Source: Selaginella moellendorffii (lineage: Eukaryota > Plantae > Lycopodiophyta). From it: a DNA stretch of 64,000 nt. The notes under the pieces are model-generated. The model searched no databases. It saw nothing but the letters and a program-made list of their open reading frames with translations, and was not told where the DNA came from. The translations under genes were made by a program, and so were the position numbers. This document shows, in pieces, positions 1-13,099 of this stretch. Location: positions 1,834,121 to 1,898,120 of the forward strand of contig NW_003314291.1 of the NCBI RefSeq assembly GCF_000143415.4, in the 5' to 3' direction. Position 1 is the stretch's first letter. Each line of letters opens with the position of its first letter.

Positions 1-9
1 TGTTTTCAG

Positions 10-2702
10 ATGACTGCAGGAAATCTGTGGGTAGTAGACAATATCGGTGTAGCACCAACCAATGCATGGTCCATAGATCCATTTGGTCATTCGTCCACTA
101 TGGCCTTTCTTCTAAAACGGATGGGATTTAGGAACATGGTCATTCAGCGGACTCATTACGAGGTAAAGAAGTCTCTTGCTTCCAAGAAGAGTCTAGAGTT
201 CATCTGGCGCCAAAATTGGGACTCCAAAAACACTACAGATATTTTGTGTCATATGATGCCGTTTTACTTTTATGACATACCTCATACGTGTGGACCAGAA
301 CCAGCCGTCTGTTGCCAGTTTGACTTTTGGAGAATACCAGGATATAGTAATGTACTACCTTGTCCGTGGGGAAGACTTCCAGAAGCTATCACCGACAAAA
401 ATATTGAAGAAAAAGCTGCCATGCTGCTTGACCAGTACCGAAAGAAATCAACACTGTACAAAACTAACATGCTGCTTGTTCCCCTTGGGGATGACTTTCG
501 GTACTCCAGCGCAGCAGAAGCAGAGGCTCAATTTAGTAACTATCAAAAACTTTTTGACTTCATCAATGCAAATTCGAGGATGAAAATGAATGTGAATTTT
601 GGAACCCTTGAAGACTACTTTCGGGCACTACACGGGGCTGGTGTCACTGACTTTCCAGCTCTATCAGGCGATTTTTTTGCGTATGCAGACAAAGAAGATG
701 ACTACTGGAGTGGATATTACGTCACTCGTCCATTTTACAAGGCCTTAGACAGACTCCTTGAGGAGACACTGCGGGCAGCCAACATACTCTTCTTTTTCAC
801 ACAACTAAAATGCAATTCGACTTTTGGTCGCTTGCTTTTGAAAGAGTTCAGACAAAACCTCGTTTTAGCTACAGAAAATCTGGCTCTTTTCCAACACCAT
901 GATGGAATTACAGGTACAGCGACTAATCATGTTGTTGCTGATTATGCAAACCGCATGCATAGTTCCCTTGTCGGTCTTCAAAAATCGATGCTTGTGAGTG
1001 TTGAATTGCTTCTTTCCAACCAAAAGAAACAGAATGCAAACTGGTTTGAACTGGAACAAAGTCGCTCCCATTTTACTTTGTTACCGGTAAAGAAGGTAAT
1101 AAACCTAACAGCTAACCATATGCATCGGGTGACTATCTTCAATCCACTTGCCATGATCGTGGATCATGTTATGGTACTTTTAGTTGACAGCCCTCTATTC
1201 TGTGTTTTCGATCAAAAAATGAGAAGTATTAAAAGCCAAGTAGCTCCAGAATGGACAAAGGAGTCTGTATTTACTGGAAGGCACAGAGCTCAATGGGAAA
1301 CACATCTTCCTGCTCTCGGGTTTGAGACGTACTTCCTGATGGAATCGAACAGCTACGGTTTTTGCCAGAAGGCTGTTCTAGCGACACTAACTATTTCAGA
1401 GAATGGCATAGCTTGTCCAGAGCCTTATCAGTGTACCACATTTCCAAACTCTAAAGACATTGAGATCTCCACCAGGACACAAACGTTGGGTTTTGCTCAT
1501 TCTGGTTTCATGAAATGGATCAAAGACTCTCAGACTCAGGAAAAAATCAGAGTAGAGGAAGAGATGCTTTATTACTCTACACAAGGTGGTGCATATGTTT
1601 TTTCTCCTTTACGTGAGGCTGATCCCCTTGTTGAGAAAGGTGGTTTGCTAATAATGGCACAGGGACCTATCATGGAAGAATTGCATCTCGTTCCAAAAAG
1701 CAAATTTGGAGGAAAGCCCATTATGAGATCAGCAAGAATTTTTAAAATGACAAGTATTGTGGAAATGGAGTACTATGTTGAGCTCACTGGAAGAGTTTTT
1801 GACAACAAAGAGGTTATTGTTCGGTTCAAAACTGGGATTGAAAACAAGAGAACATTTTTTACGGATTCAAATGGTTTTCAAGCAGTTGCCCGGCAAACTT
1901 ATGACAAAATTCCGCTGCAAGGAAACTACTATCCAATGTCTTCGTTAGCTTGCTTGCAAGGACCTGGACANNNNNNNNNNNNNNNNNNNNNNNNNNNNNN
2001 NNNNNNNNNNNNNNNNNNNNNNNNNNNNNNNNNNNNNNNNNNNNNNNNNNNNNNNNNNNNNNNNNNNNNNNNNNNNNNNNNNNNNNNNNNNNNNNNNNNN
2101 NNNNNNNNNNNNNNNNNNNNNNNNNNNNNNNNNNNNNNNNNNNNNNNNNNNNNNNNNNNNNNNNNNNNNNNNNNNNNNNNNNNNNNNNNNNNNNNNNNNN
2201 NNNNNNNTTGTCACATTCTATTGGGGTGAAACTGAACTATCAGCCAATTGTCTATTTGGGAAAGGCTGAAGCTTTTGAAAACTCAGAGGCAAATGGGCCC
2301 GTTGGCTCTTTGGTGTTAGTGCAAAAGGAATTTCCTTGCGATGTTCACCTTGTCAATTTGAAGTCACTTAAATCGTCTCATGAGAGATCTGATGTTCTGC
2401 AGTACGGACTGACCCTCTATCGCAGTGGATGGGACAGATCGTATGAGAAAAACGGATGCAAAGCTTATGATGAACAGGGTCTGAATCTTTTCGATATATT
2501 TCAGCCAGTCCAGGTTCAGAATATTGTTCAGTCGAGCATCAATTTTGTCCACGACTCCATACAGGTTGGTTATATAGAACAGGCCCCCAGAATGGAAAGA
2601 GCAGGACCTGGGAAAAGGAAAGGTTTTATTGATCTAAATCCAATGGAGCTGCAAGCTTTTAAGTTTTCAGCAGTAAAGCATGATGCCACCATATCTGAGT
2701 AA
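10..2702 (+). CDS. GMII: Golgi alpha-mannosidase II (GH38), large 3' exon; 5' exons lie outside the window; interrupted by an N gap (1971-2207)
   Basis: GH38 motifs WSIDPFGHS (catalytic nucleophile), PHTCGPEPAVCCQFDF, LLVPLGDDF, YWSGYY, LFQHHDGITGT and IPLQGNYYPM. A splice acceptor (tttcag) precedes position 10. The C-terminal part resumes after the gap (LNPMELQAFK) and stops at 2700-2702. Confidence 0.92.
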
Positions 2703-2965
2703 TTTAGCCAATGAGAAGAAAAAATCCACTGGGTCTGAAACTTTCCTCAGATTTAAAAAACAATGGCTAAGAAAGTTACTAACATTTCTCCACTCAGGTC
2801 AGGCCTGATGATATGTAGGCACCATCTTTGACTGCATGATTAATGTGGGTCAAAGGTATTTTAAGGCATGGACTTAGGGTAAGGAACTTAACCTTGGAAT
2901 GGTGGCAATATCATTGGTGCTGATGGAGCAGCAAAGGTTTAGACTATCTATGATGATATTCATAA

Positions 2966-4574
2966 TGAAATGAACAACAGAGCAAACCCTAGGCCAACCT
3001 CCCAACCCTTAAGGCATTACTGGCCATGGAATATTCTTGGAATATTCCTGTGGTTCGTGTCATTCTCCCCTCCCTCATGACCTAGCCACGTACAGCAACC
3101 TCAAGAAGCTAAACAACCTTCACATGAAGGGAGTCCAAGGCAATGTGGCCATGGAGAAGAGATGTGCAAATGGCAACATCAATGTTGCAACAAATGGCCA
3201 TGAAAGACAGAGAGCAATACAGCTTTCTTGCATGACAATACAGTCATGGAAACAAAAGAATGAGAATAGAACAAATGGCTCAAATCATATAGCAATATGG
3301 CTATAAAACTCAATTCTCCTCTTCCTCAGGAATGTCATCCAAGTTATAACCAAAACTTGGAAACACTCTTTTCATATCATCCTCAGTTTCTTATGTAGCT
3401 TTGTCTATGGAATAACCATTCTAGTGAACTAACAACTCCTTAGTTGTCTTCTGACGTGTTTTCACCAATATTTGAGCAAGAATATTGGCCAGACCAACCT
3501 TCTCAACATCAACCTTTGGAACCTGAATGATGGACTAATCCATAACATCACCAGAATGCAAACACACTTTAAGCTTGCTCACATGGAATGTTGGATGAAT
3601 CTTCAAATTAGCTGGCAAATCCAAAGTGTATGCAAGATCCCACACACGCTGTAAAATTGTTCAAGGCCCACAATACCATGGAGACAATTTAGCACTACCA
3701 CCTTCTTTTAGAGACCATTGTGCATTCGACAGCTTAAGGAAAACCTTGTCACCAATTTTGTACTCTTGATGACAATGATACTCATCTTTTGTCTCAATCT
3801 TGAGCTTGCCTCATGTTCAACTTTGCCAACTCAAGTTTGTCTTGCATATCCTCCAGGAAATCACAAGCATGAGATACCTAAACCAAAGCCAAATTCAAAC
3901 TCATGGGAGACATAGGCTTATAACTATACATCACCATAAATAGAGACATGCCAATAGCCAATTGATGAGCGCTATTATGAGCAAATTAAAGCAAAGGCAC
4001 GTACTTGTCCCATACTCTTTGTTGAGTCAAGTTTCCCACAAAAGACCTCAATAGATCTTCTAATAGATGCGCTTTATCTACCCATCTGATTGTGAATGCT
4101 CTCGTGCTTAGCTTAGTCTCTAGCTTCTCAAAGACCATTTGCCAAAACTTGGACATGAACTTGGGATCTCAATCACTCATAATGTCACCTAAAAAACCAT
4201 AAAGACTGAATAACTGATCTACAAACAACTAAGCAAGTTCAAAAGCATTAATACTTATCTTCACTATGAAGAAGTGAGTCATCTTTGTCAAACAATCCAC
4301 AACAACCCAAATAACATCATTTCCTTGAAAGGTCTTGGGCAAACTCGTGATAAAGTCTATTGAGATACTATCCCACTTATTCTTGGGTACACGTAAAGGA
4401 TGATAGAGGCCAGTGAGCTTCTAATGATCAACTTTGACTGCCTGGCAGGTCAAACAATCACATATGTACTTCTCAACATCTGACTTTATCCCAGACCAAA
4501 AGAAATACCACTTCACCAACATATACATTTTAAGTACCCCTTGATGCCTAGCACTTGGCATATCATGACACTCA
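2966..4574 (-). mobile_element. Degenerate Ty3/gypsy element, 3' part (3' LTR ~2966-3312, PPT, decayed integrase); continues at 13100
   Basis: Minus-strand integrase zinc finger (HQG...YFFWSGIKSDVEKYICDCLTCQAVK) is cut at 4574 by the LARD insertion. A purine tract lies at ~3313-3330 on the minus strand. The start at 2966 is similar to 14758 (ccaacctcccaacccttaa..gcatta..ggcc). Confidence 0.7.
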
Positions 4575-6409
4575 TGTGAGACACAAATCCCTAAGCCCCA
4601 AAGTGGAGCCGAAAGGGTGCCATGTGGTAGTGGCCGAAGCAAAAGCCAAACGAAAAGGCTCCAACTTGAAAGGTTGAGAGCGAGAGTGGAACTCCCAACG
4701 GAGTGCTCAAGGAACGAGCATGAAGCGAGCAATAAGCGAGGCTCCAAAAAGGGACCCAAAAGGACCAACACATGACATGTAGAAGTGTCCGAGATGGAGT
4801 CCGAGATGGACCCAAGATGGAGTCCGAGATGGAGTTCGAGATGGACCCGAGATGGAGTTCGAGATGGACCCGAGATGGAGTCCGAGGTTGACCGAGACAG
4901 AGTCCAAGGTGGAGTCCGAGGTGGATCCGAGATGGACCCAGGATGGAGTCCGAGATGGAGTCCAAGATGGACCCGAGATGGAGTCCGAGGTGGACCCGAG
5001 AGGGACCTGAGATGGATCCGAGATTGAGTCCGAGACGGACCCGAGATGGAGTCCGAGATGGACCGAGACGGAGTCCTAGATGGAGTCTGAGATGGAGTCC
5101 GAGATGGAGTCCAAGGTGGACCGAGACGGAGTCCGAGATGGAGTCTGAGATGGAGTCCGAGGTGGACCGAGATGGAGTCCGAGATGGACCCGAGATGGAA
5201 TCCGAGAAGGACCCGAGATGGAGTCCAAGGTCGAGACCAAGACCCAGACCGAGACCGAGACCGAGACTGAGACTGAGACCGAGACCGACACCGACACCGA
5301 GATTGGGACCGAGACCGAGGCCGAGGCCGAGTCTGAGTCCAAGTCCGAGTCCGAGGTCGAGTCCGAGTCTGAGTCCGAGTTTGAGTCCGAGTCCAAGTCC
5401 AAGTTTAAGTCTGAGAGGGTGAAAGCCCAAAGCGTTCGTCTCCCAGACCCTGGGGGGTTTAGTGAGCTCCAAAAGTATAGTAGGGGGGAGGACTGCAGTG
5501 GAGCCAGTTTGGCCAGGAAAGGCCAGTTTGGCCCAGAAATGCTGTACCCAGTGTTGGGTGATGAGCTGCCCACTGGGAAGTCAAGACTAGAGTGAACACA
5601 GACCAACAAGCGGGGTAGCTTGGTGAAGTATTCAAGAGCCAGCTCTAGTTCCAGCGAGAGATTGACTGGCCGATGCTCCCAGTCCAAGTGTGGGTGGCAT
5701 TACCTACTTGGATACCAGGCGTGGCTCAACGGAACGTCGCTCTAAGCCCATGGCTAGAGCACCTAAATGCGGAAGGTGGGGAGAGTACCCATGAGGGCCG
5801 CGTAGGGCCACAGTATTCCAAAATATTGTCCCAAAGTCCCAAACTGTGTAAAGGAAGAGGAGTAGCCCTCTAGTGTGGTGACCAAGGACATAGTCACACA
5901 GTGAGGAAGTCCTAGAGGACAGTGAGACTTAGTGGTCAGGCTCGTTGGCCTTGATCCAGTGGTAGTGTTGGTGAACACGGCCCAGGATAGAAAGGGACTT
6001 GGTGGGGACCGGAAAGGGGATATTGGGGAAGGCTATTCCTCATGTCTAGGGGCATCCTAAAGATGCTAAGGAGTGGATCTAGGATGATCACTCATGGACG
6101 GATGGCCCAGTCTTTGACAGACGGGACTGTGATGTAGGTGGTGTCAGACCACCGATGTGACCAAGGTGAATGGGCATGGCCTTAGCGTAACAGGCTGATA
6201 TGACAGTGGTACCTTGGGGTGTCGGTCATGGGATCGGACATGTGGAGCACTTGGACCAAGTGCAAAGGTTGAATGGTGGGGATGCCGTTCTCGGGGCTAG
6301 CAAGCCCAAGTCCGAAATAGGACTTATGGAGGTTGTGAGTGAGACTCCTCCAAGTGGTCGGAGGTGTGGTTAAGTGACTAAAGTAGAATGGAAAATTTAG
6401 TCGCTTACA
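4575..6409 (+). repeat. 5' LTR of the LARD (1835 bp) with a 6/12-bp GAGATGGAGTCC / GAGACC / GAGTCC tandem array at ~4790-5415
   Basis: Direct repeat of 10928-13094; begins TGTGAGAC and ends GCTTACA. Confidence 0.93.
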
Positions 6410-7728
6410 ATTTGGTATCAGAGTTGTTCCTTAGTCTGACTTTTATTGGTGCTGAAGTATATCACCACTAGCGTTGGCATCGAAGGTCCTAGGAGTGGGC
6501 TTATCCTTGACGAGTAGCAAGTCGGGAAGACATGGCTGTCCACTATAGTTCACATGTGAACTTGTAGGCAAGGTGGTGGATAGAAAAAGGGCCAATGATG
6601 GAACGACTTTAGGATCTTGGGAATAGTGTAAAGCTTTCCTCATTGAGTGAGGATGTGATCCAGATGAGCGTTTGATGCAGCAAACGGGCTAACATAGTTG
6701 TGGTAAACAACTATAGTTGGGATCACGGGAAAGATGCAGACTCTAAAACAATAAAGGAGTCACAAGATTACCCTCATATAGTTGAGGCTGGTGCTCATAA
6801 CTTTGAGACCGGAATTGATGACCATGGAAGGTCAAATACAGAAGAGGACACAAGTCCTCGAAATGGTAGCTGGGGCTACCTCTAATAAATGCTGGAACAA
6901 CCCAAGGAGTTGGGGGTGTACTCAGAGGATGAGTTGGTATTTTTATCACATGGACAAGTGGTCCTAAGGGGCAAAAGGTTGCCCCAAGAGAACAAATCAA
7001 GTGTCAGAGTAACATTTGCAAAGATGGTCCTTGTGAGTAGGATCTGAATACAAGAAGTTGTATTCCAGTGAGCTAGCAGCTCAAAGGTAGGACCTCACGG
7101 GTCGTCGGATGATAAAGTCCAAAAAGCTGAATGACTCAAATAAGAGTCAAGGAATAATCTTAAGGGATTGGTTGAAACATTTGGATTGAGGTGTATGGTG
7201 CCCCATGAGGTATGGGGAGGATCATAAGATCCAAGTATGAGAACAGTAGGTATCTCATTGATGGCAAAATCTGCCATACTAAAGTTGTGGAAAAGATGTT
7301 CCTATAAGAAAGCAACTTTGGCCTAGAGTTGGGTGCAAATACTATGGTGCGGTGCTAATGGATAGTTAGTATGAGGAACAACCATATTAGTCTTGGCAAA
7401 GACCTAGACATTAATACGTAGTATCATAAGGATAGGCTCGTGGGGCCAATGGTGTGGAGACACCAAATGTGCCAAGGTGTGATACCTTGAGGTTATGTTG
7501 GTAGGTTCATAAGAACCCCTTGCCAAAGGGAATCCAATGGAAATGGGAATGGCATAGCTTAAAGCTGGAAGGCATGTGGTAGAGTGTGGTGACCAAAACA
7601 ATGATAGAGGTGTGGAAGCACCAGCAATGAGTTATAGGACTTGACAACTATGAGGCAACTAAGCAAGAGGGCAGGTAATTGGTTAAACGGGTAGAAGGTA
7701 GCTACCCAAGACTTCTTAATGACATAAA

Positions 7729-8328
7729 TGTAAGCTCCTGAGTTTGTACTACCTGGGAAGTCACCCAACCCAGTACTATTCAAACCCAAGGACGCTTAAC
7801 CCCAAATATCCTAAGATCCTTAACCGATTGGAGTTCGAAAAGGGGGTGCACTCTTATTCATGGGCCCTTTTCCCTCTATATTTGAACCCCATGGACCGTC
7901 TCTCGAGTCGTTCTCTTTAGTTGCTTACAATCCACCACGCTTCCCTGCAAGTTCACGCCCTCGTGAACGGAAGCTAAGAGCCGCAGCTCTCTTGAGAGCC
8001 TCGCTCTCTTGACACCCTACCCCTCGGGTCGAGCCTAGCGGGAGCAAACTGGACCAACCAGATGTCAATCAACATGTGGTGTGATTCCCCTAGCCAACCA
8101 ACAGACTCGGACCCGAGACCCCTCTGATACCAAATGTAAGCTCTTGAGTTTGGACTTCCCGGGAGGTCACCCAATCCAGTACTATTCAAACCCAAGGACG
8201 CTTAACCCCAAATATCCCAAGACCCTTAACCGATTGGAAAAGGGGGTGCACTCTTATCATGGGCCCTTTTCCCTCTATATTTGAACCCCATGGACCGTCT
8301 CTCGAGTCGTTCTCTTTGGTTGCTTACA
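7729..8328 (-). mobile_element. Cassandra-type TRIM with 5S rRNA-derived LTRs, complete, nested in the LARD
   Basis: LTRs at 7729-7929 and 8135-8328; TSD ATAAA at 7724-7728 and 8329-8333; PBS (rc of TGGTATCAGAG) at 8122-8132; PPT at ~7930-7945. The minus strand of the 8135-8328 LTR reads GTTAAGCGTCCTTGGGTTTGAATAGTACTGGATTGGGTGACCTCCCGGGAAGTCC, matching the 5S rRNA internal control region; the other LTR has a few substitutions. Confidence 0.93.
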
Positions 8329-10927
8329 ATAAAGAAGTTAAATATACCCTTATTAGGGATAAGTTGCTTACATTGCGATATAATGAGTCAATGTCATAAA
8401 AGAAAATGTTCATTGTCAAGGAGGCCATCATTGGGACACCCAAACACTCTAGAACACCAGGAAGTGGTGTTTAGTGTCGCGAGGGCAATAGATAAGGCCC
8501 AAGGGACAAAGTCCCTAGCGAATGAAGGATAGGAGGTGCTATCCAAATGTCCAAGGTTGTGGAGACAGGAGAAGTTTGTCTACTCTAATTGGACAAAGCC
8601 AAAAAGGGATTTTGGCAAGGCTAGTGATAGGCATATAAAGGCCCATAAGTAACAACGGTGATTCTAGTGTGTGGGATTACAAGGTGAGCAAACCTGGATT
8701 GAGGAACCACTCCCTAGGCTGTCGGGTAGGTTCATCCTTATGATATTTGCCAAGGCATGGTAGAAAGTGTAAAGCTATCTTTCTAGTCTGGAGGAGAATC
8801 AAGTGGGTGCTCAAGCATGTTGTTATTAGCGACCGGGATGCCATGGAGAGTCTAAAGCATGGGATTGTCCATGTTGGACTATATGGTAATTGAAAAACTT
8901 GCGAAAGGAGAGGCCTTAGCAAGCCAAGGAACAAAGTTCCTTGAACGTTCCACTAGGTAGATAAGTACCTAATTAGCCAAGTGTAAATGGTTCATAGGAC
9001 GCGCGAAATAAGAGTGGCGTAGCAAAAGCGTGGTCTTGAAGCTTGCTATGAGGCGAGGCTATCAAAATTGGGGAAGTAGTTCCCGAGTGTTCAAAGAGAG
9101 GGCTTTGAACAAAAGTTGATGGTTAAAGACTTTCATGCTTATGCATGAACCATATTACGGTGGCCGAATGACTTGCTAAGTGAGATTGGCAAGTCAGGGG
9201 AAACGAATACCCTAGTTGAAGGAGCCAATTTCAAAGGGGTGGCCCAAGGGGCTGAGCATGGAGGAGTCCATGCATGATCACAAAACATGTCAAGTGAGAG
9301 GACTTAGCAGTGCGGAGGAACTAAGTTCCTAAGCTGTGATCTGTAGCGTACTTTAAATATAAGTTGGTGCACCGGCGTGGGGAGTCACGCCAGGCATCCG
9401 ATGTGATGCCGTCCGTAGATGCATATACGGAGGTTGGATTCGAGTCCTGACCCTCTAGTGCTTGGGTTCGAGTCCCAATTCACTAGGGCGCGGTGATGGT
9501 TTGGAATATGAGGACACTCATTTTTCGGTGGTCATGGACTCTTAGTAAAGAGACTAGCTTGGGCACACCGCCAAGCGGGGGATGCCCCGGAGTCGTGATG
9601 CATGGTTAGATTGCTTAGAGTGAAAGCTCGGCATATCTAACTTGAACACTTTGGTGCAAAAGGCACCAAGGACGTGGTGAATGAAATGGGGCACCTAGTC
9701 TCAGTTGCTATGGGCACACCGCGAAGTGTGGGGGATGCCCCCGGGGTCATAGTCAACAATTTAAAAGGGTCTGGAAGACCTAGTTCCTATTGGTAGACCT
9801 GTTAAGGGGTCAAGATGAGATCACCAGGTGATCTTATGGTTAAACAAAGTCAAGGTCTTTGTTTGGGTTAAGGAATATGATTCCCAATTCAAAGTGTTGA
9901 TTTGAACTATTAATAATGGTGTGACTTAGTCAAGGTGACCAAGTGAGAAGGACACCTAAAGGGAAATCAATTGTGTCAATACGATGGTATAGTAAGTCCA
10001 AGAAAGTAGTCTTGGGGAGAGACCCATGGAAGGGTTGCAAAGTTGGGCCGTGGACGAAGCCTGTAGCAGAAATTGCTAAAGAGACCTACTAAGGGTGAGC
10101 ACCCACTAGACTTAGCAAAGTAGAGCTTTTGCAATGGAACCAAAAGGATACCTCAAGAATGGAGGTAGTGATCCTATGTTGCTCAGTGCAACAATCAATG
10201 GATAAAAACAAAAGACTAGTGGTCAAGTGTGGGCCATGGAGTTCATTGGAAGGAATCCAAATGGCAAAGTTAAGCATAGAACACTAATGTGTTGGATGCT
10301 AACGGATTGTGAGAAAGGAAGTGTGCTTCCAAGGATGGATTCCCAAATGCTCCAAATTGGCAAAGGTGAAAGCTCTAAGGGAGGGAGCGACGAAGGAGCC
10401 AAAGGATAGGGCTATGGATAGCTCTAGCACAACTTACGATGGCTAGAACTTGGTGCCAAAAGTGGCATAAAATAGAAAGGAGGACGATGGTGCCCTCAAG
10501 TAGGGAGCTTCCTAGAATGGGAAGTAAAGTTGCACAATATGTGCAGTGAAAGATGTCAAAGACACCAAAGAAATTGATTTCGAGAAGTCAAAATTAAAAG
10601 TTCCAAGGTGAATTGGTTATGTCAATAGAAGTTGGGACTACTCAAGAATGAGTAGTGGAATTGAGTTAGAGAAGGTGTCTCTAACAGGTTTAGCAAGAAC
10701 TGAACCAATAAAAGGGAGCAAACCACCCCAGGTGGTCGAATGAGTCTCTATGTTAGAGAGACTATGCCCTTAGAGGATGGACAAGACATGGCAAGCCTTC
10801 AGGGTCAAACCATAGACAAATATTGGCTGGGTGCCAAGGATGGAAATGGTAATACTTGCGAGTGTTACTTTATAAAAGGGTTTACCGTTCGATGAGGACA
10901 TCGAACTTCATCTATGGGTGGTGGAGT

Positions 10928-11963
10928 TGTGAGACACAAATCCCTAAGCCCCAAAGTGGAGCCAAAAGGGTGCCACGTGGTAGTGGCCGAAGCAAAAGCC
11001 AAACGAGCGTAACACGTTTGGACTAAAAGGCTCCGACTTAAAAGGTTGAGAGCGGGAGTGGAACTCCCAACGGAGTGCTCAAGGAACGAGCATGAAGCGA
11101 GCAATAAGCGAGGCTCTAAAAAGGGACCCAAAAGAACTAACACATGACACATGGAAATGTCCAAGATAGAGTCCGAGATGGACCCAAGATGGAGTCCGAG
11201 ATGGAGTTCGAGATGGACCCGAGATGGAGTCCGAGGTGGACCGAGACGGAGTCCGAGGTGGAGTCCGAGGTGGATCTGAGATGGACCTGAGATGGAGTCC
11301 GAGACAGAGTCCGAGATGGACCCAAGATGGAGTCTGAGGTGGACCCGAGAGGGACCTGAGATGGATCCGAGATTGAGTCCGAGACGGACCCGAGATGGAG
11401 TCCGAGATGGACTGAAACAGAGTCCGAGATGGAGTCCGAGGTGGACTGAGATGGAGTCCGAGATGGAGTCTGAGATGGAGTCCGAGGTGGACCGAGACGG
11501 AGTCCGAGATGGAGTCCGAGATGGACCCGAGATGGACCCGAGATGGAGTCCGAGATGGAGTTCGAGATGGACCCGAGATGGAGTCCGAGGTGGACCGAGA
11601 CGGAGTCCGAGGTGGAGTCTGAGGTGGATCTGAGATGGACCCGAGATGGAGTCCGAGATGGAGTTCGAGGTGGACCCGAGAGGGACCTGAGATGGATCCG
11701 AGATTGAGTCCAAGATGGACCCAAGATGGAGTCCGAGATGGACCGAGACGGAGTCCGAGATGGAGTATGAGGTGGACCGAGACGGAGTCCGAGATGGAGT
11801 CTGAGACGGAGTCCGAGATGGAGTCTGAGACGGAGTCCGAGATGGAGTCTGAGATGGAGTCCGAGGTGGACCAAGACGGAGTCCGAGATGGAGTCCAAGA
11901 TGGACCTGAGATGGAATCCGAGAAGGACCCGAGATGGAGTCCGAGGTCGAGACCGAGACCGGG

Positions 11964-12000
<37 letters not shown>

Positions 12001-13094
12001 TCGGGACTGAGACTGAGGCCGAGGCCGAGTCTGAGGCCGAGTCCGAGTCCGAGTCTGAGGCCGAGTCCGAGTCCGAGTTCGAGTCCAAGTCCGAGTTCGA
12101 GTCTGAGAGGGTGAAAGCCCAAAGCGTTTATCTCCCAGACCCTGGGGGGTTTGGTGAGCTCTAAAAGTATAGTAGACTACAGTGGAGCCAGTTTGGCCAG
12201 AAAAGGCCAGTTTGGCCTAGAAAGGCTGTACCCAGTGTTGGGTGATGAGCTGCCCACTAGGAAGTCCAAGACTAGGGTGAACACAGACCGACAAGTGGGG
12301 TAGCTTGGTGAAGTGTTCAAGAGCCAACTCTAGTTCCCCTGGGAGATCGATTGGCCGATGCTCCCAGCCCAAGTGTGGGTAGCACTACCTACTTAGATAC
12401 CAGACGTGGCTCAACGGAACCTCGCTCTAAGCCCATGGCTAGAGCACCTAAATGCGGAAGGTGGGGAGAGTACCCATGAGGGCTGCATAGGGCCACAGTG
12501 TTCCGAAATATTGTCCCAAAGTCCCAGACTGTGTAAAGGAAGAGGAGTAGCCCTCTGGTGTGGTGACCAAGGACACAGTCACACAGTGAGGAAGTCCTAG
12601 AGGACAGTGAGACTTAGTGGTCAGGCTCGTGGGCCTTGATCCAGTGGTAGTGTTGGCGAACACGGCCCAAGACAGAAAGGGACTTGGTGGGGACCGGAAA
12701 GGGGATATTGGGGAAGGCTATTCCTCATGTCTAGGGGCATCCTAAGGATGCTAAGGAGTGGATCTAGGATGATCACTCATGGACGGATGGCCCAGTCTTT
12801 GACAGACGGGACTGTGATGTAGGTGGTGTCAGACCACTGATGTGACCAAGGTGAATGGGCATGGCCTTAGCGTAACAGGCTGATATGACAGTGGTACCTT
12901 GGGGTGTCGGTCATGGGATCGGACACGTGGAGCACTTGGACCAAGTGCAAAGGTTGAATGGCGGGGATGCTGTTCTCGGGGCTAGCAAGCCCAAGTCTGA
13001 AATAGGACTTAAAGAGGTTGTGAGTGAAACTCCTCCAAGTGGTCAGAGGTGTGGTTAAGTGACTAAAGTAGAATGGAAAATTTAGTCGCTTACA
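10928..13094 (+). repeat. 3' LTR of the LARD (2167 bp) with a longer tandem array (~11160-12105)
   Basis: Direct repeat of 4575-6409, followed by TSD ACTCA. Confidence 0.93.
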
Positions 13095-13099
13095 ACTCA

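Larger units (their letters stand above)
4575..13094 (+). mobile_element. Complete non-autonomous LTR retrotransposon (LARD-like), 8.5 kb
   Basis: TG...CA LTRs at 4575-6409 and 10928-13094. 5-bp TSD ACTCA at 4570-4574 and 13095-13099. tRNA-iMet PBS TGGTATCAGAG at 6413-6423 and a PPT-like ATGGGTGGTGGAGT before 10928. No gag/pol ORF in the 4.5-kb interior. Confidence 0.93.

Noticed and set aside
4591-5687. Long SR-, ES- and LG-rich ORFs (also 10865-12164, 33862-34098, 59886-60261)
   Set aside because: They are stop-free readings of hexamer tandem arrays inside LTRs and are open in several frames on both strands, so they are not credible proteins.
8150-8210. 5S rRNA gene
   Set aside because: Only the internal promoter part of 5S is present, and it is embedded in TG...CA LTRs with PBS, PPT and TSD. 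This is Cassandra, not rDNA.
9440-9490. tRNA gene
   Set aside because: Only a T-arm-like hairpin is present; no acceptor, D or anticodon arms are recognisable.
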